A DNA stretch of 64,000 nucleotides from Pseudomonadota bacterium (GCA_043821645.1 JBDRCO010000046.1:87560-151559), one strand, 5' to 3'; positions 41,010-51,032 are shown, counted from the first letter of the stretch. The notes: generated from the sequence alone by a model not told the origin. Program-made: numbers and translations.

Positions 41010-42797
41010 TCAGGACGGTGTGGTCTCGGCGTGCGCAGCGCGGGCGCGATCCGATGCCTTCATGGCCTCGACCTCGTCGGCAATGCGCTTGATCACATTG
41101 AACAGCACACGCATCTGCCTGAGGTGGACCTCGCTGGTGTCCTCGCCCAGCATCTCGACGTGCTCGATGGCCTTTTCCAGGCCCCAGCCCAGGGGGCTCA
41201 GCGCGTCGACCATGCTGTGGAACTGCGCGGTGCGGCGCTCCAGCTCCTTGCCGAGCTCCTCCTCGTCGACTACTGAAAAATCTTCGGCGCCCGAATCCGC
41301 GGACTCGAGATCGCGCTGCAGGGTGGCGATGCGGGCGTCGCGTTCCGCCAGCTCTTGCAGGCGCTTCTGCAGGTCCTCGTTCAGGCGCACGATCTCGTTG
41401 CGCCGCGCCTCGTCATCGGCGGCAGTCTGCATCTTCTGCTGCTGCATCGAGGTGATCTCGTCCTGGGTCTCTCGCAGCAGGTTGAGCTCGCCCTCGAGGT
41501 CGCTCGCCTGGGCCACGGCGGCATCGCGCTCATCGCTGACCGCGGCCAGCTGATCGCCCAGAGCCTGCACCTGTTCTGCCACGGCGTCCCGTGCCTGCGC
41601 GGCGAGATCGAGCTGGGCCTGGATGCCATCGCGCTCGATGAGCAGGGACTGGTGCTGTAGCGCCAGCTCCTCGTGCATGGACTCGCGTTCGGCCAGCTGC
41701 GCGCGCATGGCCTCGACGGCGTCATCCAGCTCGCTCACCCGAGACCGCAACTGCTGGGCCTCGCTCCGGGCCTCGTCCCGGTCAAAGGTCAGGTCGGATT
41801 GCTTCTGCTCGAGCTTGGCTTTCTGGGTGGTGATCTCGGCCACCCGTGCGCGCAATTCCTCGGCCTCCGTGCGCGCGGTCGTGCGCTCGCCCTCGAGGGA
41901 TTGCACCTGGCGCCGGGTCTCACCCAGCATCTCCTCGAGTCCGGAGATGCGGGTCTTGAACATGTCGGTCGAGGCGCTGTCGTCCTCGGCAAGCTGCTCC
42001 AGCTCGAGCACACGCTGCTCGGCGCGCTTCGCGGTCTCGCGCTCGAGGACCACCTCCTGCTGGAGTTCGCTGATCTGCTGCTCGAGGCCGGCCAGATGCT
42101 GGCGCCCCTCCTCGAGCTGGCGGTTCACATCGGTGACGTAGCGCTGGGCGTCCTCGAGCTTGTGCTGGTCGTCTGCGAGCTGCCGGTTCTGCTGCTCGAC
42201 GTGTTGACGTGCCGCTTCGTTCTCGGCGCGCAGCTTCTCGGTCTCGGCCTGGTTCTGTTGCAGTGCGCCTTCGGCCTCCCGCACGCGGCGCCGGAGATCC
42301 TCCAGCTCCGCCGATGCTCCCCCCTCTGCGGGCAAGTGGATGGGCGCGGGGGGCGGCGCGGCATCCGGGACCTGGGGCGCTGCGGCAGCTCCGGAGGGCA
42401 TAGTTGCGCCCCGGGTCAGATCGCCCCGGCGGGCCATATCCGCGAGCTTCTCGCCGAGTTCCTGTCCACTCATGGTGGCGGGCACGCAGAACACGCGCCC
42501 GGTCGTCGCCAAGGACTGCTGGTCGGGCTCGGAGATGCCGGACCCATAGAGCACGACTCGGGTGCTCGGGACGTGGTGCAGGAGGCTGCGAGTGAAATCG
42601 ACGCCGGTCATGTCCATCAGCGACGTCGACACGATGACCAGGGGCAGGGCGCGCTGGGTCAGTACCTGGGCGGCCTCGGTGCCTGTGTCTGCCAGCTCGC
42701 AGGCAAAGCCATGCTCGGACAGCTCCATCTCGAGGAGCAGCCCGATGTCTCCGACGATGAGGACCGGCGGGAGGCCCGTGCGTTCTGCACCTGCCAT
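41010..42797 (-). CDS. Pseudo-receiver + long coiled-coil protein (FrzS/AglZ-like architecture)
   Basis: Receiver-like N-terminus lacking the phospho-Asp (VIVSTSLMDMTG), Pro linker, about 380 aa of heptad E/Q/R/L-rich sequence. Confidence 0.75.
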   Translation of the reverse strand: MAGAERTGLPPVLIVGDIGLLLEMELSEHGFACELADTGTEAAQVLTQRALPLVIVSTSLMDMTGVDFTRSLLHHVPSTRVVLYGSGISEPDQQSLATTGRVFCVPATMSGQELGEKLADMARRGDLTRGATMPSGAAAAPQVPDAAPPPAPIHLPAEGGASAELEDLRRRVREAEGALQQNQAETEKLRAENEAARQHVEQQNRQLADDQHKLEDAQRYVTDVNRQLEEGRQHLAGLEQQISELQQEVVLERETAKRAEQRVLELEQLAEDDSASTDMFKTRISGLEEMLGETRRQVQSLEGERTTARTEAEELRARVAEITTQKAKLEQKQSDLTFDRDEARSEAQQLRSRVSELDDAVEAMRAQLAERESMHEELALQHQSLLIERDGIQAQLDLAAQARDAVAEQVQALGDQLAAVSDERDAAVAQASDLEGELNLLRETQDEITSMQQQKMQTAADDEARRNEIVRLNEDLQKRLQELAERDARIATLQRDLESADSGAEDFSVVDEEELGKELERRTAQFHSMVDALSPLGWGLEKAIEHVEMLGEDTSEVHLRQMRVLFNVIKRIADEVEAMKASDRARAAHAETTPS

Positions 42798-42982
42798 CGG
42801 GACCCTGCACCTCACTCGCACCCGGGACAGCGCCGACGGCACCCGGGTGTGGACCAGGCCAAAAGTTGCCCCATGTTACTCGATAGGCAAGGGACAAGGC
42901 CAGTTCCAGTCAACGTCCCGGCACCGGGTCCCCTGGTGAAAAATCGCGATCCCCCTCCCGCTCTGCTAGATCTGAGGGTGAA

Positions 42983-45037
42983 ATGCGCGATCAGTGGACC
43001 CGCCGCGCCGGCTTTCTGACCGGTCTCTTTGCCTCCTTGCTGGCCAGCGGCCTGCTGTGCGTCGCCGACACCCTGGCGGCACTGGCTGCCCACGACGGCG
43101 TGATGGACCGCGAGCACGTGCTGGCCGTGGCGATGCGCGTGGTCCCGGTCGATCTCTTGCTGGCCGTGCCGGTGGGGCTGTGGCTCGGGCTGACCCTGTA
43201 TGGCGTGTGCGATAGACCCTGGCGTGTGCTGGTGCACGAGGCTGTCCTGAACCTGTGGCCCCGGCCGCGCAGCCTCGAGACGGTTCGCCTGGCCAGGCTC
43301 GGGGCCATGCTGCTGTCGGTGATGGTTGCCTCAGGTCTGTTGTTCGCGGTCACGGTGCCGGTGTTCGGGCGCATCGTGCGCGCTCCCAATGCGGCCGCGG
43401 TGGTGGCGCTCAGCGCGCTCGTGATCACGCTGCTGGTGCTGACGCTGCATCCGGCGCTGCGCGTGTTCGTGCTGCGCCTGGTGCGATGGCGGGAGCGTCT
43501 GCTGGGGTCCTGGCACGTGCTGCTGTCGCTGCCGACCCTGCTCGGCCTCGGTCTCGTCGGAGCACTGATCCTGGGCGTGGTGGCCAGGCAGCGTGGCGCG
43601 ACGCTGCTGTATGCCATGGACATGACCCCGCTGTGGTGGGTGGGCGCCTACGCAGGGTTCGCGCTGCTCGGTCTCCTCGTGGCCTGCACAGGTGCGGTCG
43701 AGCGTCGCCTGATCCAGCTCGCGGGTCCGCTGGGTTTCACGCTCTCCAACGTGCTGGTCGGCGCCGGCGTGGTGCTGGCGGTGCAGGTCATCGCGGAGAT
43801 GGGTGCGCATGCTGGGCTCCTCGACGGCACCGGGGTGGCCTCGCGAGTGTACAGCACGATCAGCGAGTTCAGTTCGGGCTCGCGCACGGTGCCGGAGGCG
43901 GCACCGGTGGTGGTGGTGCCGCAGCCCGTGGTCGAGCAGACCGGAAGCCGGGCCCCCGACGTCATCCTGATCACGGTGGACGCCCTGCGCGCGGACCATC
44001 TCGGTGTCTACGGGTACGGACGAAACACCAGCCCCAACATCGATGCTCTGGCGCGGCGTGGTTTGTTGTTTCGCGAGGCCTATTCTCCCGCACCTTGCAC
44101 GGCGTCGTCCTTTGCCGGCTTGCTGACCTCGCGTCTGCCATCGCGCATTGCGGGGGAGGTGCAAGAGAACGAGCAGTTCACGGTGCCCGAGGAGACGCCC
44201 TCCTTCGTCGAGCATTTCCGGCGCGCGGGCTACCACACCGTGGGCCTGGTACCGCTGGTGAGTGAGTACCTGACCCACATCCGTAAGGGCTTCGACCGTT
44301 TCGACAACTTCTTTGGCAACTCGGCTGAGTTCTCGGACAAGGTGATCCGGACCCTGCAGCGCGAGGCCGGGGACGACCGCCCCCTGTTCCTGTGGGCGCA
44401 CTTTCTCGACGTGCACTACCCCTACCAGAGCTGGCCGGGCTACGGGGACTTCGGGGACACACCCGAGGACCGCTACGACCAGGAGATCGCCTATACAGAC
44501 AGTCAACTGGCGCGAGTGCTGTCCCAGCTGCAGTGGCTGGGCCACATGGACAGCTCGATCGTCGTGTTCAGTGCCGATCATGGCGAGGCCTTCGAAGAAC
44601 ACGGAGTCCGCCTGCACGGCGACACCCTGCACCAGGAGCAGATCCACGTGCCGCTGATCGTGGCCGCCCCTGGTTTGCCCCGGGGTGAGGAGTTCAAGAC
44701 CCGGGTCAGCCTGCTCGACCTGGGGCCGACTCTGGCGGATCTGGCGGGCGTGGACCGCATCTCCTACCACACCGACGGCGGCAGCCTGCTGGCCCGGCTC
44801 AAGGGGCTGGACACAGCCAACCCCACGGTGATGGTCGATGCCTGCCGTGTCGGCACCCAGTTCGCGCTGGTTGACGACTACAAGCTGTATTACCAGCGCT
44901 CGAGCGGCGCCTTCTACCTGTACGACCTGCGCAACGATGCCGCCGAGCACAACAACCTCTTCGGCGATCTCTCCGACGTGGCCACTCCGATGGTGCAGCG
45001 CCTGCGCAAGGAACTGGCCAAGGCCGGCGAGCGCTAG
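42983..45037 (+). CDS. Multi-TM anchored sulfatase-like hydrolase/transferase
   Basis: About 7 TM segments, then DVILITVDALRADH, PCTASS..LLTS, HFLDVH, SADHGE. Confidence 0.87.
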   Translation: MRDQWTRRAGFLTGLFASLLASGLLCVADTLAALAAHDGVMDREHVLAVAMRVVPVDLLLAVPVGLWLGLTLYGVCDRPWRVLVHEAVLNLWPRPRSLETVRLARLGAMLLSVMVASGLLFAVTVPVFGRIVRAPNAAAVVALSALVITLLVLTLHPALRVFVLRLVRWRERLLGSWHVLLSLPTLLGLGLVGALILGVVARQRGATLLYAMDMTPLWWVGAYAGFALLGLLVACTGAVERRLIQLAGPLGFTLSNVLVGAGVVLAVQVIAEMGAHAGLLDGTGVASRVYSTISEFSSGSRTVPEAAPVVVVPQPVVEQTGSRAPDVILITVDALRADHLGVYGYGRNTSPNIDALARRGLLFREAYSPAPCTASSFAGLLTSRLPSRIAGEVQENEQFTVPEETPSFVEHFRRAGYHTVGLVPLVSEYLTHIRKGFDRFDNFFGNSAEFSDKVIRTLQREAGDDRPLFLWAHFLDVHYPYQSWPGYGDFGDTPEDRYDQEIAYTDSQLARVLSQLQWLGHMDSSIVVFSADHGEAFEEHGVRLHGDTLHQEQIHVPLIVAAPGLPRGEEFKTRVSLLDLGPTLADLAGVDRISYHTDGGSLLARLKGLDTANPTVMVDACRVGTQFALVDDYKLYYQRSSGAFYLYDLRNDAAEHNNLFGDLSDVATPMVQRLRKELAKAGER

Positions 45038-45067
45038 ACCGATTTCACCCGACAGCGATCGAGCGGA

Positions 45068-46213
45068 TCAATCCAGGCGCTTGCGGAAGCGCAGCAGCGC
45101 GCCAGCGAACAGCAGCGAGCCGATGATGGCCAGGCCCAGGGTCTCGGGCCACAGCACGTCCATGCCCACGCCCTTGAGAAACACGCCGCGCACGATGATC
45201 AGGAAGTAGCGCAGGGGGATGACGTAGGTCAGCTTCTGGATGATCGCGGGCATGTTCTCGATGGGAAAGACGAAGCCCGACAGGAACATCATGGGCATGA
45301 GGAAGAAGAAGATCACCGTCATCATGGCCTGCTGCTGGGTGCGCGAGATGGTGCTCACGAACAGGCCGATGGCCAGGGTGTTGACGACGAAGAGCAGGAT
45401 CAGGGCGTAGAGCAGGGCCAGGGAGCCGCGCAGGGGCACCTCGAACCACAGCGTGGCCACGGCCACGACCAGGGTCGACTGCACCAGCCCGATGGCGACG
45501 AAGGGCAGCAGCTTGCCCAGCAGCAGCACCGTCGGCGACAGGGGCGCCACGATGAGCTGCTCCAGGGTGCCCACCTCCTTCTCGCGGACGATGGCCATCG
45601 AGGTCAGCACCGAGGTGAAGATGACAAGGATGAGGGCCAGCACCGCCGGCACCATGAAGTTGCGGCTGGTCAGCTGCTCGTTGTACAGCACCTTGCCCAG
45701 CACCTGGATGCCCGCCGTCGATTCCAGCCCGGCGGCGGCGGCCTGGCTGCGCAGGACCTCGAGGCCCAGCCCCTGCACCACGCTGGCGACGACCGCGGAG
45801 CCCAGACCTGCGGAGACCGCATCGCTGCCGTCGATGATGAGGTGCACGGGCACCGCCGGGCCACCGGCGAGGGCCTGACCGAGCCCCGGCGGCAGTACCA
45901 GCACCAGGTCGACCTGGGCGCGCTCGATGCGCGCCAGGGCGGCCTCCTCGCTGTCCTCGACAAAGAGGATGCTGGCGTTCTCGGCGGCCTCGAGCGTGGA
46001 GGCCAGCAGCCGGCTGCCCGGGGTGTGGTCGTGGTCGACGATGGCGATGCGCGCGTCCACCACGTCGAGGGTAGCGGCGTAGCCGAGCAGCAGCAGCTGC
46101 ACCACTGGCGCCACGAACACCATGGGCAACATGCGGCGATCGCGCCTCAGCTGCAGCAGCTCCTTGCGCATGACGTGGGGCAGGGCTGCCAGGGGTCGCT
46201 GCCGGGTCGTCAT
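45068..46213 (-). CDS. ABC-2 permease (YbhR-like)
   Basis: KELLQLRRD, REKEVGTLEQL, FLSGFVFPIENMP. Confidence 0.92.
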   Translation of the reverse strand: MTTRQRPLAALPHVMRKELLQLRRDRRMLPMVFVAPVVQLLLLGYAATLDVVDARIAIVDHDHTPGSRLLASTLEAAENASILFVEDSEEAALARIERAQVDLVLVLPPGLGQALAGGPAVPVHLIIDGSDAVSAGLGSAVVASVVQGLGLEVLRSQAAAAGLESTAGIQVLGKVLYNEQLTSRNFMVPAVLALILVIFTSVLTSMAIVREKEVGTLEQLIVAPLSPTVLLLGKLLPFVAIGLVQSTLVVAVATLWFEVPLRGSLALLYALILLFVVNTLAIGLFVSTISRTQQQAMMTVIFFFLMPMMFLSGFVFPIENMPAIIQKLTYVIPLRYFLIIVRGVFLKGVGMDVLWPETLGLAIIGSLLFAGALLRFRKRLD

Positions 46214-47319
46214 AGCCGCACCCGCTTCAGGCGCGCCCGGGCGATGCCCATGGTGACGACGGCGAACAGGGTCAGCGCCAGCAGGTCGGGCCAGAAGCGC
46301 TCGGGTCCGGTACCGCGCAGGATGATGCCGCGCAGCACGCTCAAAAAGTAGCGCGCGGGCACGGCGTAGGTTACCAGCTGGATGGCCGCGGGCATCGAGC
46401 GGATGGGAAAGGCGAAGCCCGACAGCAGAAAGGTCGGCAGCAGGGTGATGAAGGTGGCCACCATGAAGGCCAGCTGCTGGCTCTCCGTCGCCGTCGAGAT
46501 GAGCAGGCCCAGACCCTGGGCGCCCAGGATGAACAGCAGCGAGGCCAGGCCCAGCCACCACAGGCTGCCGCGGATCTCGACCCCGAACAGCAGCATGCCC
46601 GTGACCAGCACCAGCACCGTGGCCAGCACCGACACGCCCGCGTAGGGCAGCGACTTGCCGACGATGACCTGGGCCGGGGTCAGGGGCGACACCAGCAGCT
46701 GCTCCATGGTGCCGGTCTCGCGCTCGCGCACGACGCTGAGGGCGGTGGCGATGGTGCACGAGATCATCAGCACGAAGGCGATCAGGCCCGGTACCAAGAA
46801 GCGCTCGCTCTTCAGCTCGGGGTTGTACAGGACGGTCTGGCGCAGCTCGACCGGTGGGTGTGCGGACAGGCCGGAGCGAGCGAGCAGGGTCGCGCCGTGG
46901 GACCCGACAAAGGCCTGCAGGTAGGCCAGGGCGGTCTGCGCCGCGTTGGCATTGCTGCCGTCGACGACGGCCTGCACCGTGGCCAGCTCGCCCCGCGCCA
47001 GGTCGCGCCCGAGCCCCGGCGGCAGCACCAGGGCCACGGTGGCCTCGCCACGGTCCAGGCGCGCCAGGGCGGCGGCTTCCTGCTCGTCGCGGTGCACCAG
47101 GTCGAAGTACTCGCTCGAGGTGAGCGCGGCCACCAGGGCGCGGCTGTCGGCGCTGCGGTCCTGGTCGACCACGCTGAGCGAGATGTGGCGCACGTCGAAG
47201 CTCAGCACGTAGCCGAAGAGCACCAGCATCATCGACGGCACCAGCACCAGCACGGCGATGGACCGCGGATCGCGGCTGAGCTGGCGCAGCTCCTTGCGGG
47301 CCACGGCGCGCACGGTCAT
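46210..47319 (-). CDS. ABC-2 permease (YbhS-like)
   Basis: KELRQLSRD, YNPEL, RERETGTMEQL, LSGFAFPI. Confidence 0.92.
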   Translation of the reverse strand: MTVRAVARKELRQLSRDPRSIAVLVLVPSMMLVLFGYVLSFDVRHISLSVVDQDRSADSRALVAALTSSEYFDLVHRDEQEAAALARLDRGEATVALVLPPGLGRDLARGELATVQAVVDGSNANAAQTALAYLQAFVGSHGATLLARSGLSAHPPVELRQTVLYNPELKSERFLVPGLIAFVLMISCTIATALSVVRERETGTMEQLLVSPLTPAQVIVGKSLPYAGVSVLATVLVLVTGMLLFGVEIRGSLWWLGLASLLFILGAQGLGLLISTATESQQLAFMVATFITLLPTFLLSGFAFPIRSMPAAIQLVTYAVPARYFLSVLRGIILRGTGPERFWPDLLALTLFAVVTMGIARARLKRVRL

Positions 47320-48254
47320 CGCTCCACCTCCCGCGCCAGCGAGATGAACACGTCCTCGAGGCTGGGCAGGGTGGGCGTGGGCGCCTCGAACACCAGCTGC
47401 CGCTGCTGCAGCACCTGCACCAGGGCCGCCGTCAGCTCGGCCGGAGCGACCCCGGTGCGCCCGAACACGTGCAGACCTGCGCCGTGCAAGGTCGCCTCGT
47501 CGACCAGGGTCAGGGTCTGCGCCGCCTCGAGCGCTCGCGCCGGGTCGCCGCAGCGCAGATCGAGCAGGGCGCGGTCGCCGAGCAGGGCCTTGAGCTGCGA
47601 GGGGGTGCCCCGGGCGATGACCTTGCCGCGGGCGATCAGGGCCAGGGCGTGGCAGTACTCGGCCTCGTCGAGAAAGTGGGTGGTGAGCAGGATCGTGGTG
47701 CCCTGGGCTGCCAGCTCGGCGATGAGATCAAAGAAGGCCCGGCGCATGATGGGGTCCACGCCGCCGGTGGGCTCGTCGAGGAACACGATCTGCGGCTGGT
47801 GCAGCAGGGCGCACACCAGCGCCAGGCGCTGGGCGATGCCGCCAGGGAGGTCCCGGGCCAGGGACCTGGTATGGGCCTGCAGCTCACCAACCTCCACCGC
47901 CCAGTCCCGACGCAGGCGCAGGCGCTCGGCGTCCAGGCCGTAGATGCCGCCGAAGAAGCGGATGTTCTCGTCGACGCTGAGGTCGCGGTAGAGGCTGAAG
48001 CGCTGCGACATGTAGCCGATGCGCGCCTTGACCCCCTCGGGGTCGCGGGCCACGTCGAGCCCAGCCACCTGGGCGCGGCCATCGCTGGGCTGCAGCAGGC
48101 CGCACAGGATGCGGATGGTGGTGGACTTGCCAGCGCCGTTGGGGCCGAGCAGGCCGAACACTGCCCCCTCGGCCACGTCGAGGTCCACGTGGTCCACGGC
48201 CAGGAAGTCGCCGAAGCGCTTGCACAGGCCGCGCACCTCGATGGCCGGGCTCAC
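47316..48254 (-). CDS. ABC ATP-binding protein (YbhF second-half-like)
   Basis: GPNGAGKST, GYMSQRFSLY, LPGG, LDEPTGGVDP. GTG start overlaps the upstream stop. Confidence 0.92.
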   Translation of the reverse strand: MSPAIEVRGLCKRFGDFLAVDHVDLDVAEGAVFGLLGPNGAGKSTTIRILCGLLQPSDGRAQVAGLDVARDPEGVKARIGYMSQRFSLYRDLSVDENIRFFGGIYGLDAERLRLRRDWAVEVGELQAHTRSLARDLPGGIAQRLALVCALLHQPQIVFLDEPTGGVDPIMRRAFFDLIAELAAQGTTILLTTHFLDEAEYCHALALIARGKVIARGTPSQLKALLGDRALLDLRCGDPARALEAAQTLTLVDEATLHGAGLHVFGRTGVAPAELTAALVQVLQQRQLVFEAPTPTLPSLEDVFISLAREVER

Positions 48255-49207
48255 GCCGGGGCTCCCGCGGCCACCTTGGCGCGGTCGACCATGTCGATGA
48301 ACACGTCTTCCAGCGACGGCGCCACGTCGCGCTGGTGCTCGACCTGGATCTGCTGTGCGGCGAGGGCCTGCACCAGGTCCGCGAGATCGTCGTCGCGCTG
48401 CACCGGGATGGCGTGCAGCCTGTCGCCGTAGGGGTGCACGCGACGAACGCGTGGTGAGGCCTGCAACAGCAGCTGGGCGGCGCGCACCGGCTGACACACG
48501 ATCTCGATGAGGCGATCGCTGAAGCGCTGGCGCAGCTGCAGCGGATCGTCCTCGGCCAGGGCGCGGCCCGCGTGCACCAGGGCCACCCGGGTGCAGCGCT
48601 CGGCCTCGTCGAGGTAGGGCGTGGTCAGCAGCACGCTCAGGCCGTCCTGCAGCAGGCGGTGCAGCAGCGACCAGAACTCGCGCCGCGACACCGGGTCGAC
48701 GCCGGTGGTGGGCTCGTCGAGCAGCAGCAGCTGCGGCTGGTGGATCAGGGTGCAGGCCAGGGCCAGCTTCTTCTGCATGCCGCCGGACAGCTGATCGGCG
48801 CGGCGCCGGGTGTAGGGCCCGAGCAGGGTGAAGTCGAGCAGTGCCCCCAGGCGTCCCCGGATGTCGGGCACGCGGTGTATCTCGCCGAAGAACTCGATGT
48901 TCTCTTGCACCGTGAGGTCGCCGTACAGGGTGAAGCGCTGCGACAGGTAGCCGACGCTGTGCTTGACCACTTCGGGGTTTTTCTGCGGGTCCATGCCGAG
49001 CACGCGCACCGTGCCTGCACGCAGCGCGAGCAGGCCGAGCAAGGTGCGGATGGCGGTGGTCTTGCCCGCGCCGTCCGGGCCCACCAGGCCGTACATCTCG
49101 CCCCGGCGCACCTCGAAGCTCAGACCGCGCAGGGCTGCAATCTCGCCGTAGGCCAGCTCGGCATGGCGGAACTCGGCCACCAGCTCGATGTCGCGTCCGG
49201 CGCTCAC
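48251..49207 (-). CDS. ABC ATP-binding protein (YbhF first-half-like)
   Basis: GPDGAGKTT, LSGGMQKKL, LDEPTTGVDP. Confidence 0.92.
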   Translation of the reverse strand: MSAGRDIELVAEFRHAELAYGEIAALRGLSFEVRRGEMYGLVGPDGAGKTTAIRTLLGLLALRAGTVRVLGMDPQKNPEVVKHSVGYLSQRFTLYGDLTVQENIEFFGEIHRVPDIRGRLGALLDFTLLGPYTRRRADQLSGGMQKKLALACTLIHQPQLLLLDEPTTGVDPVSRREFWSLLHRLLQDGLSVLLTTPYLDEAERCTRVALVHAGRALAEDDPLQLRQRFSDRLIEIVCQPVRAAQLLLQASPRVRRVHPYGDRLHAIPVQRDDDLADLVQALAAQQIQVEHQRDVAPSLEDVFIDMVDRAKVAAGAPA

Positions 49208-50202
49208 GGCGTCGCCGCCGGCCGCGGCCCGAACACCACCCGCGCGGGCATGCCGGGCTTGAGCTTCTCGTCGTCGTTGGCGAGCTGGATGCGGATCTTG
49301 AAGACGAGGCGCGCCCGCTGCTCGGCGGTCTGCACGTTCTTGGGGGTGAACTCGGCGCGGTCGCTGATCGACGCCACGTGCCCGGGTCTGGGTGCACCGG
49401 GAAGGGCATCGACGTGCACCTGCACGGCCTGGCTGAGCTGCACCAGGCCCAGGTCCTGCTCGGCCAGGTAGACGTCGACGTGCACCTGGCGCAGGTCTGC
49501 CAGCACCAGCAGCGGGCCCCCCGGGCGCGCCACCTCGCCCGGCTCGACCAGGCGCGACAGCACGCGGCCGGCGAGAGGGGACGTCACCACGGCATCGGTG
49601 ATCTTCTTGTCCAGCATGGCCAGCGCGGCTTCGGCCTGCTCGCGCATGGCGGTGGCGGCCTCGATCTCCTCGGCGCGGGCGCCCCGCCTCAGCTTCTCGA
49701 CCACGCTCTGCGCCTGGGCCTCGCGGGCCAGCGCCAGGTCGCGCATCGAGGCCGCGTCGTCGAGCTGCTTGGGGGTGACCGCCCCCTTGGCGAGCAGAGC
49801 CTGGGTTCGTGCCAGGTCCCGCTCCCCGGCCTGCACCTGCAGGTGGGCCTGGGCCAGGGCCTGCTCGGCGCCCTGCACGTCCTCGCGCCGGGCCCCGCGC
49901 CGCGCCATCCTCTCCTGGGCCTGGGCCGCCTTGAGCTGGGCCTCGATCTGGGCGCGCTGCAGCTCCAGGTCGCGCACGTCCGTGCGCACCAGCACCTGCC
50001 CGGCCTGCACGGCATCGCCCTCGGCCGCGCCCACCTCGAGCACGGCCCCACCCAGCAGCGAGGCCACCCGCACCTCGGTGGCTTCGACGGCTCCGTAGGC
50101 CACGATCTCCCCGGCGTCCGGGTCCTCGCAGCCTGGCAGGTCCAGACCCGCCGTGGCCAGGAACAGCCCTGCGGCTGCGGCTAGCGTGGTGGCGCGTCGC
50201 AT
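49204..50202 (-). CDS. HlyD-family membrane fusion protein (YbhG-like)
   Basis: GAVEATEV, coiled-coil hairpin, AEFTPKNVQT, LKPGMP. RBS GGAGG. Confidence 0.92.
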   Translation of the reverse strand: MRRATTLAAAAGLFLATAGLDLPGCEDPDAGEIVAYGAVEATEVRVASLLGGAVLEVGAAEGDAVQAGQVLVRTDVRDLELQRAQIEAQLKAAQAQERMARRGARREDVQGAEQALAQAHLQVQAGERDLARTQALLAKGAVTPKQLDDAASMRDLALAREAQAQSVVEKLRRGARAEEIEAATAMREQAEAALAMLDKKITDAVVTSPLAGRVLSRLVEPGEVARPGGPLLVLADLRQVHVDVYLAEQDLGLVQLSQAVQVHVDALPGAPRPGHVASISDRAEFTPKNVQTAEQRARLVFKIRIQLANDDEKLKPGMPARVVFGPRPAATP

Positions 50203-50792
50203 GAAGACACCTCCTGTGCGCGGGCGCTGAGCCCGCCAAGAAAGATCGCGCGCAGCATCTGGATCACGTCGCCCAGCTCGAGGCCGGAGCGCTCGACGAA
50301 GGCCGGCGTGCCCACGGTCTCGACGATGGCCAGCACCGCCTGGGTCAGCATCGACGGAGGGAAATCGTCCCGGATCTCCCCCGCCTGCTGGCCCTGTTCG
50401 ATGAGCGTCAGGTAGCGGGTCAAGAAGTGGTGCCGGCGCTGCATCACCTCGGCCAGCACCTCGGGGTACAGCCGGGCCAGGTCCAGGGGGGCGCCCGGCG
50501 GCAGCGAGCGCACGAAGCTCTGGACCTGGCTGAACAGGGCCTCGAGCTTGTGCAGGGCCGAGCCCTTCTGCTGCAGGTTCAGCTCGACCTGGGCGAACAT
50601 CGCCTCGGCCGTGTTCACCACCACCTCGCGAACGAGGGCTTCCTTGCTCTCGAAGTGCAGGTACAGGGTCTTCTTGCTGATTCCCAGGTCTCGGGCCAGG
50701 TCGTCGATGCGCACCGCGCGCAGGCCGTGGCGCTGGAAGGCCAGGCGCGCAGCCTCGAGGATATCTTGTTTGGAAACTTTGGAAACCCTCAT
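50181..50792 (-). CDS. TetR/AcrR family transcriptional regulator
   Basis: HTH IDDLARDLGISKKTLYLHFESKEAL. First gene of the ABC operon. Confidence 0.93.
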   Translation of the reverse strand: MRVSKVSKQDILEAARLAFQRHGLRAVRIDDLARDLGISKKTLYLHFESKEALVREVVVNTAEAMFAQVELNLQQKGSALHKLEALFSQVQSFVRSLPPGAPLDLARLYPEVLAEVMQRRHHFLTRYLTLIEQGQQAGEIRDDFPPSMLTQAVLAIVETVGTPAFVERSGLELGDVIQMLRAIFLGGLSARAQEVSSCDAPPR

Positions 50793-50804
50793 GGTTTCCA
50801 AAGT
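50769..50804. promoter_or_regulatory. Putative TetR operator: 12-bp perfect inverted repeat spanning the tetR start codon
   Basis: ACTTTGGAAACC(50776-50787)-ctcat-GGTTTCCAAAGT(50793-50804), plus an extra TTTGGAAAC half-site at 50769-50777. Confidence 0.75.
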
Positions 50805-50846
50805 ACTCTTCGCGGGGGTGGAGATCCAGCACAATCCGCCAAGGCT

Positions 50847-51032
50847 TCAGATCTCTTCATCTTCGAGAGGGGTGAGACCGGGGCCCGAGTCCTCCTCGCT
50901 GTCCGGGTGGCCCGGCACACGGTAGCCCTCTCCCAGCCAGCGGCCCAGATCGATGAGCTTGCAGCGCTCACTGCAGAAGGGCCTGTGCATCGTTTCCGGG
51001 CCTAGGTCCTTGTGACAGACAGGGCAGGTCAT
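50847..51032 (-). CDS. yacG: DNA gyrase inhibitor YacG
   Basis: CPVC...[24 protein letters not shown], acidic tail. Confidence 0.93.
   Translation of the reverse strand: MTCPVCHKDLGPETMHRPFCSERCKLIDLGRWLGEGYRVPGHPDSEEDSGPGLTPLEDEEI

Noticed and set aside
45068-50832. Long fused ORFs in the ORF track (563, 697, 662 and 542 aa) suggesting frameshifts
   Set aside because: These are N-terminal over-extensions into neighbouring genes. The true starts are at 46213, 48254, 49207 and 50202, with ordinary 4-nt or short overlaps.
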